Shown piece after piece: positions 1 through 9,100 of a DNA stretch of 15,826 nt. Under the pieces are notes generated by a model. It had not been told where the DNA came from. It searched no databases and saw only the letters and a list, made by a program, of their open reading frames with translations. The stretch's first letter is position 1, and each line of letters opens with the position of its first letter. Both the position numbers and the translations under genes were made by a program. The stretch comes from Promethearchaeota archaeon (GTDB lineage Archaea > Asgardarchaeota > Lokiarchaeia > Sigyniarchaeales > SOKP01): the NCBI GenBank assembly GCA_016839705.1, contig JAEOTR010000028.1, positions 1 through 15,826 on the forward strand, given 5' to 3'.

Positions 1-1
1 A

Positions 2-244
2 TCCATTGATCGTATTAGGGTTGGAGAAAACACAATCTTGATAAATCCTGTTGAAGACTTTCTAGCGTGCTATGTTATTAAAGGGCAATCCTATCCTGCG
101 TTGCAGAAGTTAACGCGCTTTAGCGAAACGATTAGAGAAAATTCGGAGATTTGGCAAGCTCTCAATAAATCGATCAAAACCAACGAGATGTTAGAACTCG
201 ATAAGCCTGCTGCCCTTAGAACAGTGATTGATGAAATATTTTAG
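2..244 (+). CDS. 3' end of a gene entering from the left edge; longin-like C-terminal domain of the kind seen on large Lokiarchaeal TPR proteins (partial)
   Basis: The frame is open from position 2 (SIDRIRVGENTILINPVEDFLACYVIKGQSYPALQKLTRFSETIREN...IDEIF*), so the TTG at 38 is internal. The strand-strand-strand-helix pattern fits the C-terminal half of a longin/roadblock-type fold. The family assignment is from recall. Confidence 0.6.
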   Translation, partial: SIDRIRVGENTILINPVEDFLACYVIKGQSYPALQKLTRFSETIRENSEIWQALNKSIKTNEMLELDKPAALRTVIDEIF

Positions 245-477
245 AATTTGTTTAAAATTTCTTTGAAATTGGAACGGGATGGAAAATTCTGCATCTGATT
301 TTAATGATAATTTGTCTGAAAAAATCTTATATCAAGATCCAATTCATTTTAAACCCATCCACACTCTTCCCCTATGATTATGAGAATAAACTACTAATTT
401 TTTGTTGGTACTATACTAATCTTTATACGATTTCAACTCTATATATAATAATATAAATTTAATTTGAGTGGTAAGTT

Positions 478-954
478 TTGATCGAAAATGTAGAAATTTT
501 TATTGGAATAGCTCATCTCGCAGGGATTTTCGTAGGATTTGAAGCTCTTATTAGTGCTACTCATCAAAAAGAAGTCGCAAGGATTAGGGGTATTGTAACA
601 GTGGGACTCATGACGATTATCGCCGCACTTATTCCTATCGGACTTGGTAGCTATGGATTAAGTGGTCATAGCTTATGGTTTTTGAGTAGCCTTATTTACC
701 TTTGTCTCAACTGGACTGTGATCATCTTGTCATTACGAATGCCTGAAAATAAGGAACTTGTGAGGTCCCAAACGAAAACGAGTTCCATACTTTTTTGGCT
801 TATATTCGAGGTTCCACTCGAAGTACCATTGATTCTAACCATAATTGGACTATTTCCTGATCTAGAACAGGCCTTCTACATTACAGCACTCGTATTCAAT
901 CTATTTTCGGCTGCTTATGTGCTTTCGCAAATAGTCTATACTAAAGCTGATTAA
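478..954 (+). CDS. Hypothetical integral membrane protein (~5 TM helices)
   Basis: 158-aa ORF with about five hydrophobic segments. TTG start is preceded by GAGTGGT, and a TATATATAA element lies at ~440-448. Confidence 0.8.
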   Translation: MIENVEIFIGIAHLAGIFVGFEALISATHQKEVARIRGIVTVGLMTIIAALIPIGLGSYGLSGHSLWFLSSLIYLCLNWTVIILSLRMPENKELVRSQTKTSSILFWLIFEVPLEVPLILTIIGLFPDLEQAFYITALVFNLFSAAYVLSQIVYTKAD

Positions 955-1163
955 TCAATTTAGTAAAAAGTAATTTCTAAATTATAATCATTTTTATTTT
1001 CAAATATTTATAAAACCGTCATTTGATGCATTATTATTCTTGAACAAGATAAATGGTTTTGCTGGAGGAATTGGTTCATACTATTTAAGCTATAAAGTAA
1101 ATTTAAGTCAATATTATTATACACATCTTTGTCTTACCTAATCATATCTAAACAAATTTCATT

Positions 1164-1301
1164 ATGGCTAAGTGTCTCAATAATCAAGATTCAATGAATC
1201 TTAAGGAAACACTTCACAACATTCCTGGAGTTGAAGAAGTAAAAACTGAAATCGTGTTAGACCGGATAAAAGAAGACCATTCTATTATCATCCCTGAGTA
1301 A
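1164..1301 (+). pseudogene. Remnant C-terminus of an Lrp/AsnC-family regulator (RAM domain end)
   Basis: Translates to MAKCLNNQDSMNLKETLHNIPGVEEVKTEIVLDRIKEDHSIIIPE*. The stretch L..IPGV..V.T.IVL..IKE matches the Lrp/AsnC C-terminus. There is an in-frame TAA at 1149-1151 and no HTH domain upstream. Confidence 0.65.
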
Positions 1302-1375
1302 TTTAAAAACAAGAATTTCCTTAGGTTTACTTAGTTTTATTTATTCTCTTTTTGATATTGTTAAAACGAAGATAA

Positions 1376-1676
1376 GCTAAAATTCTATTTGAGAATTCTA
1401 GATTCAACACTGTAGTTTTTCATAGTCAACAAGCAACAGAAAAAACAGTAAAAGCCTCATTATTTCATAACGAAATTAATGGGTGGGGACGTTCTATTCA
1501 CTTACTTTTAGAAAAATACGAAGAAATAAAAAAAGAAAAAGTTTGAAGGTGTCGAAAGATTAGCATTAGGCCTTGATAAACACTATATTATAACACATTA
1601 TCCGGACGCGTTTCCAAATATTGCACCACATAACGCTTATAATACACATAAAATTCTAAATATAATATCTCGGTGA
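1376..1676 (+). pseudogene. Frameshifted, 5'-truncated HEPN-domain gene (MNT-HEPN type)
   Basis: 1376-1546 reads AKILFENSRFNTVVFHSQQATEKTVKASLFHNEINGWGRSIHLLLEKYEEIKKEKV*. After a +1 shift in the A-runs near 1528-1540, 1542-1676 reads FEGVERLALGLDKHYIITHYPDAFPNIAPHNAYNTH...*. These match the HEPN motifs FxxQQAxEKxxKA, WGHS and LDxxYIxxRYPD. No start codon is present. Confidence 0.8.
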
Positions 1677-1694
1677 TATAAAAATTATCAAAGT

Positions 1695-1860
1695 TTAGGG
1701 AAGTATAATTAATTAACATTTGAAGTAAAATAATTTGAACTGTTTTCCCAATACTTGAGATAAATTTATATAAATATACAGTTATGTAATTGCTAAATAA
1801 GAATATATTTTTCCTATTTAGTTATTTTTGTGCTAAAAAAGGATTGGGAAAGGATATTAA
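1695..1860 (+). repeat. Copy A of a duplicated non-coding promoter/leader element
   Basis: Core 1720-1775 matches 11271-11327 at 52/57 aligned positions by manual alignment, with weaker similarity on both sides. It contains the TATA-like palindrome ATTTATATAAAT (1764-1775). Outer boundaries are approximate. Confidence 0.85.
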
Positions 1861-1888
1861 TTTTCATTTTTTTAATCGATATTTAAGC

Positions 1889-4800
1889 ATGAGTTTTATG
1901 ATGAGGATATACGATTTTAAAAGAAAAGAAAAACGATTTCATTTAGCTTTTATAATCACAATCTTTACCTTAATTTCAATAACTGTCCTTCCAAGTAGTA
2001 TAAATATAAATGATAAATATGAAAAATTTGACAATACAAATGATGATACAAATTTCATTATTAAAACCTCTACAAGCAATCCTCCCAATAATAACTATTT
2101 TAAATATTATAAAGCAATAACAATAAATCACGAGATGGTTGAAGGGTCTGGTAATTATACAAATTTTCCCGTTTTAATATCTATCTTGGATTCAGATTTG
2201 CATGATCATGTCAATCAATCAAATGGTAATGATATCGCATTTGCTAACGATACGGATTGGTTGGATCATGAAATAGAATTATTTAATATATCTTATGATG
2301 ACACTTATGCGCAGTTAATTACGTGGGTTCGCATTCCGAGCCTTTCTACACTAGTAAATACTACTATTTACATGTATTATGGGAATGCTACGATGAATTC
2401 CCGGCAAAATCCAACGGGTGTATGGGATACTTCTTATCGAGGGGTATGGCATCTTTCAGAGTTAAGTGGATATGCCATTGATTCCACTTCTTATGGTAGA
2501 ATTGGGTTTGTACAACCTACCGTTAGTAGGGGTGCAACGGGGGAGATTGATGGAGCGTATGACTTTGGAAATAATGGTCAAATTGATTTTGGTGATCCTT
2601 CTGATGGGCATTTAGATATGGGCACAGGGAGTTTTACAATTAGTTTTTGGATGAATATTGATGATAGTACGTCAAATTATCAATTACCATTATATAAAGG
2701 TGCTACAACTTATGATGAAGCCGGGTATGACTTTGAAACAAATACAGATGCAACATATCTCAATTTTCGCATTTGTGATGGCTCGGATATTGGAGAAGCG
2801 CATGATTTCGAAATCATTTTTGATAGCTGGGCGTATGTAACTGGAGTTGTGGATCGGTCATCGAATTACATGCGGCTTTATAAAGATGGTTCCCAAGTAA
2901 GTTCTACAGTAGATATTTCTAGCCTTGGAAGTATAAATACTAATAACTACCTTTATACTCCTTCTGCTACTTATGATTTAGATGGATTATTAGATGAGAT
3001 AAGAATTTGCAGCGTAGCGCGTACAGCAGGCTGGATCCTAACGGAATATAATAATCAAGATGACCCAGGAACGTTTTTTTCCTTAAGCTCGGAAGTTGTT
3101 GTAGACAATATTGCTCCCTCTTACTCAAATCTAATAGAAAGTTCAGATCCATTAGAATTAGGAGATACTGAAGTTATTAAAATAAATGTCTCCGATTCTT
3201 CCGGGATTAATCAGGTGAAAATCGAATTTGATAGTTCCAACCATTCAATGATAAATACTGTAGGAAATACATGGGAATATGACTCTTGGACTCCTAATAA
3301 TGTGGGGAATTATACTTATATGATATGGATGGAAGATAATTGCAATAATTGGAATTCTACTATGGGTACTATCGAAGTGATTGATACAACTTCACCAACT
3401 TATTCAAACCTACTTGAAAGTGCGGATCCTTTACAACTTGGACAAAATGAAACGATTGAAATTAGAGTATTCGATTTATCTGGGGTGAATCAAACCTTAT
3501 TAGAATATGATTCAACAAATCATAGTATGGTTTTTCAAGGTGGAAATAAATGGAGTTGGAGTAATTGGCAACCTATCACAGGATTTCGTCCTTATAAAAT
3601 CTATATGCAGGATAATCAAAACAATTGGAATATGACTAGTGGGAATATAACTGTAATAACCATATATGCTCCATTTATTGAAAATCTGACTGAGACTGAG
3701 GATCCCTTAGAATTGGGTAATGATATTAATATTAAGATTGATGTTTACGATAATGAAACTAGTGTATCTATAGTATTAATCGAATTGGATGGTATAAACC
3801 GTACAATGAGTAATATATCTGGAAATACTTATGAATATACCTGGAATGCCTCCGAATATATCGGAAGTGGATACTCAGTTGGATCCGTAAATTATAAAAT
3901 ATATGCAAATGATTCAGATAATAACTGGAATTCTTTAAGTAGTAGTTTTGATATTGTAGATACAACTTCACCTGACGTTTCAGGCCTTATAAAGAGTGAA
4001 GACCCTTTAGAACTTGGAAGTATGGTAATAATATCAGTAAATTCTACTGATTTATCCGATATTTACCAAGTAAAAATTGATTTTGAAGGATCCAACCATT
4101 CGATGACAAATATAGGAGGAAATACGTGGAATTATAGCCATTGGATTCCATTTGCTGCTGGAAATTGTTTATATACGATATGGGCAGAAGATAATTATAA
4201 TAATTGGGGATTTATTAGTGACTCTATTTTCGTTCAAGATACAACGCCCCCAACCTATTCAAATTTTACTGAAAGTGCTAATCCTGTCGAATTGGGTACT
4301 TTATTAACCATCTCGATTAAAACCACCGATTTTGCTAATATTAAAGAAGTATTGATAGAGTATGAAAATTCTAATCATACGATGGCAAATGTGGGTGGAG
4401 ATATATGGGATTTTGATTCTTGGATGCCAGACTCAAAAGGTAATTATAGCTACAAGATTTATATGACGGATAATAATGATAACTTGAATTATGTTAGCAG
4501 TTCGATATTGTTTCAAGATACTATTTTCCCGGTCTATTCTAATTTGTTTGAAAGTGCTGATCCTTTAGAGTTAGGGGATAATCAGATCATTAGCTTAAAT
4601 GCCTATGACTTCACTGGTATTAATCAATGTTTAATAGAATATCAAGGAGCGAACCATTCTATGATGAACATTTATGGAAATACCTGGCAATTTGATTCAT
4701 GGATCCCAAATAATTGGACTTTTTATCAATATAAAATCTATATAGAAGATAACAGCGGTAATTGGAATTTTATGATAGGAAATATTACCGTTCAAGACAC

Positions 4801-5944
4801 AACTCCTCCTTCACCACCCCTCTTAGCTAACGCTCCAAGCGGGGACGTTTATGGTAATCTAGTGTTTGATTGGTTAGATGGATCAGATCCTTCAGGTATT
4901 TCTTATTATTTATTAATTATTGATAATGAAACTGATCCCTCCATCACCCCGGGATATATTTATTTATTTAATATAACCAATATAGGACCTGAGAGTAGTT
5001 ATTACGAATTGACTGATAAATTTCCTTCAAGTAAATATTATTATTTTTTAGCTCAAGTTGATGGAACAGGTCATCAAAGTAGTTATACAATGGGTACCTT
5101 CACGATCCATTCAAATCCGAATAATAATAATTTTATGATTTATATCATTATTGCAGTAATTCTGATAAGTGTAGCGGGATCTATTACTGCTATAACAATC
5201 GTAAGGAAAAAATCACATAAAAAAATGGGTCCCCCCCGGAAAAAATTACCTCTTAAACTAATCTTAGCACACTTTGCTAAAATCTCATCTCAAGGATCAA
5301 CTTCAGAGGAGATAGAAGTTGGAGATATCCTAATTCAAGATGAACAAAATCAATTTTATCGTGAAGAATTACCTGATGAGGTAGATCTAGGAATTAATAT
5401 TGATGAGATTAAAGCTTTGGGAGAAGAATTATTCTCAGAAGGTGCTTATTTAGAGGCAATCAAGCAATTTCAACATGCAAAGGATCTTCTCTCAGAACAT
5501 GGTAGAAATGAAGAAGTAGTATTAATTTCCGATTTAATAGCTGGAATTGAAGGTTTAATTAACGAGCGTGAAAAACGATTAGAACTTTTAGAAAGAGAAA
5601 AAATCGAAGGGGGTTCCGTTAAAATCTTTGAATTATATTATGATATAATCGAGATATCAAAAAAATTAAGAGATCTTGATGGTATCAACATGTTCCAATC
5701 AGAACTAATTCAATTTTTTCAAACTAATAAATTTAAATTAGTAGTTATTGAAAAACATAGAGCAAATTTAGAGCAGGAGGCAGATTCATTATCACATAAT
5801 GGTTTTTTTGAAATGGCTGCTCAAATATATGGAAAATGTGAAGAAATATCCCAATTTTTAGTAAAATTAGAAAAGGAAGAAGAAATAACTAATGTTGAAA
5901 AATTTAGAAATAAAAAAAATGAGTGTCTAAAGAGAATTTCTTAA
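1889..5944 (+). CDS. Giant single-pass membrane/surface protein 1: signal peptide, DUF2341, LamG/ConA-like domain, 6 Ig-like repeats, FN3-like domain, TM helix, TPR/MIT-like cytoplasmic tail
   Basis: Basic plus hydrophobic N-terminus (KRKEKRFHLAFIITIFTLISITVLPSS). DUF2341-type motifs NFPVLI, GNDIAF, LDHEIE, WVRIP, IYMYYGN. LamG motifs FTISFW, LYKDG, GLLDEIRI. TM helix at ~5132-5203 followed by RKK. ATG at 1889 (or 1898/1901) is preferred over the track's TTG at 1790. Confidence 0.88.
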   Translation: MSFMMRIYDFKRKEKRFHLAFIITIFTLISITVLPSSININDKYEKFDNTNDDTNFIIKTSTSNPPNNNYFKYYKAITINHEMVEGSGNYTNFPVLISILDSDLHDHVNQSNGNDIAFANDTDWLDHEIELFNISYDDTYAQLITWVRIPSLSTLVNTTIYMYYGNATMNSRQNPTGVWDTSYRGVWHLSELSGYAIDSTSYGRIGFVQPTVSRGATGEIDGAYDFGNNGQIDFGDPSDGHLDMGTGSFTISFWMNIDDSTSNYQLPLYKGATTYDEAGYDFETNTDATYLNFRICDGSDIGEAHDFEIIFDSWAYVTGVVDRSSNYMRLYKDGSQVSSTVDISSLGSINTNNYLYTPSATYDLDGLLDEIRICSVARTAGWILTEYNNQDDPGTFFSLSSEVVVDNIAPSYSNLIESSDPLELGDTEVIKINVSDSSGINQVKIEFDSSNHSMINTVGNTWEYDSWTPNNVGNYTYMIWMEDNCNNWNSTMGTIEVIDTTSPTYSNLLESADPLQLGQNETIEIRVFDLSGVNQTLLEYDSTNHSMVFQGGNKWSWSNWQPITGFRPYKIYMQDNQNNWNMTSGNITVITIYAPFIENLTETEDPLELGNDINIKIDVYDNETSVSIVLIELDGINRTMSNISGNTYEYTWNASEYIGSGYSVGSVNYKIYANDSDNNWNSLSSSFDIVDTTSPDVSGLIKSEDPLELGSMVIISVNSTDLSDIYQVKIDFEGSNHSMTNIGGNTWNYSHWIPFAAGNCLYTIWAEDNYNNWGFISDSIFVQDTTPPTYSNFTESANPVELGTLLTISIKTTDFANIKEVLIEYENSNHTMANVGGDIWDFDSWMPDSKGNYSYKIYMTDNNDNLNYVSSSILFQDTIFPVYSNLFESADPLELGDNQIISLNAYDFTGINQCLIEYQGANHSMMNIYGNTWQFDSWIPNNWTFYQYKIYIEDNSGNWNFMIGNITVQDTTPPSPPLLANAPSGDVYGNLVFDWLDGSDPSGISYYLLIIDNETDPSITPGYIYLFNITNIGPESSYYELTDKFPSSKYYYFLAQVDGTGHQSSYTMGTFTIHSNPNNNNFMIYIIIAVILISVAGSITAITIVRKKSHKKMGPPRKKLPLKLILAHFAKISSQGSTSEEIEVGDILIQDEQNQFYREELPDEVDLGINIDEIKALGEELFSEGAYLEAIKQFQHAKDLLSEHGRNEEVVLISDLIAGIEGLINEREKRLELLEREKIEGGSVKIFELYYDIIEISKKLRDLDGINMFQSELIQFFQTNKFKLVVIEKHRANLEQEADSLSHNGFFEMAAQIYGKCEEISQFLVKLEKEEEITNVEKFRNKKNECLKRIS
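3104..4795 (+). repeat. Six tandem ~93-aa Ig-like coding repeats in protein 1
   Basis: D(T/N)xxP..S.L.ES.DPL(E/Q)LG...NHSM....W.....W.P...Y.I...D...NWN units start at 3104, 3383, ~3662, 3959, 4238 and 4517, mostly with a 279-nt period. The next domain starts at 4796. Confidence 0.85.
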
Positions 5945-5975
5945 CAAACGTATTGTGGGTAATTAAAAAAAGTTT

Positions 5976-5987
5976 AAATTTATATAA
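5976..5987 (+). promoter_or_regulatory. Putative archaeal TATA box for surface protein 2
   Basis: AAATTTATATAA is the same 12-mer found in both copies of the duplicated element, at a similar distance (~120 nt) from the ATG. An AGGTGGGA SD-like sequence lies at ~6088-6095. Confidence 0.45.
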
Positions 5988-6107
5988 CAGTTTTCTCTTT
6001 ATTCTTAAAGATAAGAGTATATTATACCGATTTGTCTAAATATTTGAGGTAGGGTATTTAAGCCATTTATATTTTTCAACTTGAATTAGGTGGGATGAAG
6101 AAAAACG

Positions 6108-9100
6108 ATGGGAAAAAAATATAGGAATAAAAAAATAAAATGTTATTTAATTTTTTTTATGCTCAGTTTTAGCATTATTTCAAGTATTCTCCTTCCAAAC
6201 AGTGATATCAATGCAAGAAATTGTGAAAAATTAGTGGATGATTCAAAATCCTTAATTCATACTTCTTCAAGTGGACCTCCAAATAAACACTTTTTTAAAT
6301 ATTATAAAACAATAACAATTGACCATAACCAAGTTAAGGGAACGGGGGATCATAAGAATTTCCCTGTGCTAATTTCGATTATTGATTCAGATTTACATGA
6401 TGCGGCTCAATCAAATGGAAACGATATTGCTTTTGGTAATGATACAGCGTGGTTAAACCATGAAATTGAACTATTTGAAAAGAATTATAATAGTACCCAT
6501 GCTAAATTGGTGGCATGGGTTCGAATTTCAGTATTATCAGTCACCACAGATACTATTTTTAGCATGTATTATGGGAATGAGACAATGGGCTCGAGACAAA
6601 ATCCTGAAGGTGTATGGGATGACAATTATTATGCGGTTTACCATATGAATCAAGATCCAGGCTCGACCTCCGTTCTGGATAGCACAGCTAATAATTATGA
6701 CTTAACTGCTGGTTCAGGATTTAATTCTGGAGATCTTGTAGATGGGGTTATCGGTAAAGCTATAAAGTTCGATTCGACAGATTATCCCAGTTCGGAATAT
6801 CTTGAAATGACTTCAGGTTTTTCTAATCCGACAAGCGCCCTCTCTCTTGAAATGTGGTTTAGACCTCAATTATATTCTGTTTATCAAAGATATTTTACCG
6901 CAACTGGTGCCAGGCCTGATATACTTTTGGGATGGGATAACAGGATTATAAGTCGGATTAAAAATCATCTTGGAAATACTTGTGATATAGAATTATCCTT
7001 CGATGAATGGAAGGATCAATTTTATCATTTAGTTATAACGTGGGAAGGTGGATCTGTTGGGCGTAAAAGGGCTTATCTTAACGGAACATTAAATGTAGAT
7101 GAATATGATGTCGAAGCCTTAGGAAATTCTTCTTTGTGGACAACTTATACAATCGGTACTGACTTAGATTACACTGATGTTGTTAACGCATTAATTGAGG
7201 AATTTAGAATCACTTCAAGTGTCCGTACACCCGGTTGGTTTGAAACAGAATATAATAATCAATATGATCCAAGTTCTTTTTATTCGATTGGAGAAGAAGA
7301 TCACGTAATAGATCATATACCTAATGCTCAATATTTCGCATATTATAAAGATATAATAATTGATCCTTCAATGGTGAGTGGATCACAGGATCTTCTTAAT
7401 TTTACAGTTTTAATTTCTATTATTGATGAAGATTTGCCAGATGAGGTTCAATTAAATGGAAATGATATTGCTTTTTCTAATGGTTTTTCTTGGTTAGACC
7501 ATGAAACCGAATTCTTTGATAAGTTTTATAACGGCAGTCATGCTCAATTAGTAGTTTGGGTTCGTATACCAAATTTATCACCATCTTTTGATACCGTTAT
7601 TCGTATGTATTACGGGAATTCTACTATGAGTTCAAACGAAAATCCTTCAGGAGTATGGAATACAAAATATAAGGGTGTTTGGCATCTCAAAGAGAATCCT
7701 TCAGCCCCTGCACCTCAATTTTCTGATAGTACAGCATATAACAATGATGGAACAGCTGTTAATTTATTTTCATCAAATCAAACTTCTGGGAAAATAGATG
7801 GGGGGCTTATATTTAACGATGAAAATGAAGCATGTGTAAATGTTTCGGATGACAATAGCCTTGATTTGAATAATGATATGACTATTTCAGCGTGGATAAA
7901 AACAAACGATAATGAAGACGATGTAGATATTGTTATAACTAAATGGTCTTTAAACCCGCCTAATCAAAATTACTGGCTCGGAAAGCTTAATCGTGATGAA
8001 TTTGCTTTTTATGTTGATTCTAATCAAAATGTTAAGATGAATCTAAATTTGATTAGGGATAATAATTGGCATTACGTCGTTGGAGTAGCAGATTCAACTA
8101 ATTCTTTATTAAGAATCTATCTTGATGGGACACAAAGAAATACGGCATCATATAGTGGAAGTTCACAAACAGGGAATCATCATCTAAATATTGGAAAAAG
8201 TTCTGGAATTATAGAACAAGAATGGAATGGTAAGATCGATGAAGTTCGAGTTGTAGATGTTGCCCATTCCGCAGCTTGGATTGCAACGGAATATAACAAC
8301 CAATACAATGCTCAATCCTTTATAACTGTAGGTTCAGGAGAAAAAGTCGATAATATCCCCCCTACTTATTCCAATCTAATAGAAAGTTCAGATCCACTGG
8401 AATTAGGAGATACAGAGGTTATTACAATAAATGTTTCTGATCCTTCAGGAATTAATCAAGTGAAAATAGAATTCAAAGACTCTGATCATGTAATCAGAAA
8501 TCACACCATGACAAATATATCAGAAAATGCGTGGCAGTACGACTCATGGACTCCCAACAACGTGGATAATTATACATATACGATATGGATGCAAGATAAC
8601 TTTGATAATTGGAATTCTACTCTCGGTACAATTGAGGTGATAGATACTACTCCACCAACTTATTCAGATCTAATTGAAAGTGCAGATCCTTTACAAATAG
8701 GACAAAACGAAACAATTACTATAAAAGTTTATGACTCTCCAGGTTCAGGTGTGAATCAAGTTCTTTTAGAATACGATTCTTCAAATCATACAATGATCAA
8801 TATTGGAGGAGATACGTGGAGATGGAATAAGTGGAAGCCAGCCAAAGGAAATCATTCTTATAACATATATATGGAAGATATGGAAAATAACTGGAATGTG
8901 ACCAGTGGAAATATAACAGTTGTTGAAGCAACTGGGCCAACCATTGAAAATTTTACTATGAGTGAGGATCCTTTAGAATTGGGAAATAGTGTCACTATTT
9001 TTGTTGATGTGTATGATAATAGCTCTGTAGATACCGTGTTTATTGAATTAGAAAACGTTAATTATACTATGAATAAGCCAGTGGGAAATACATATAATTA

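Noticed and set aside
279-377. 32-aa ORF MENSASDFNDNLSEKILYQDPIHFKPIHTLPL
   Set aside because: Short, with no motif or other support.
1040-1141. Fragment ...NGFAGGIGSYYLSYKV... as a further gene remnant
   Set aside because: Looks protein-like but is too short to assign without a search.
1790-1888. TTG start at 1790 for protein 1, as given in the ORF track
   Set aside because: This stretch lies largely inside the duplicated non-coding element and is not an open frame in copy B. Starting at ATG 1889-1901 puts the signal peptide at the N-terminus, as in protein 2.
5231-5237. C7 run in gene 1 (and G7 at 10581-10587 in gene 2) as phase-variation switches that would drop the cytoplasmic tail
   Set aside because: The runs are short, are explained by Pro-Pro and Gly-Gly codons, and are not shared between the paralogs. 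Read-level length variation would be needed to support this.
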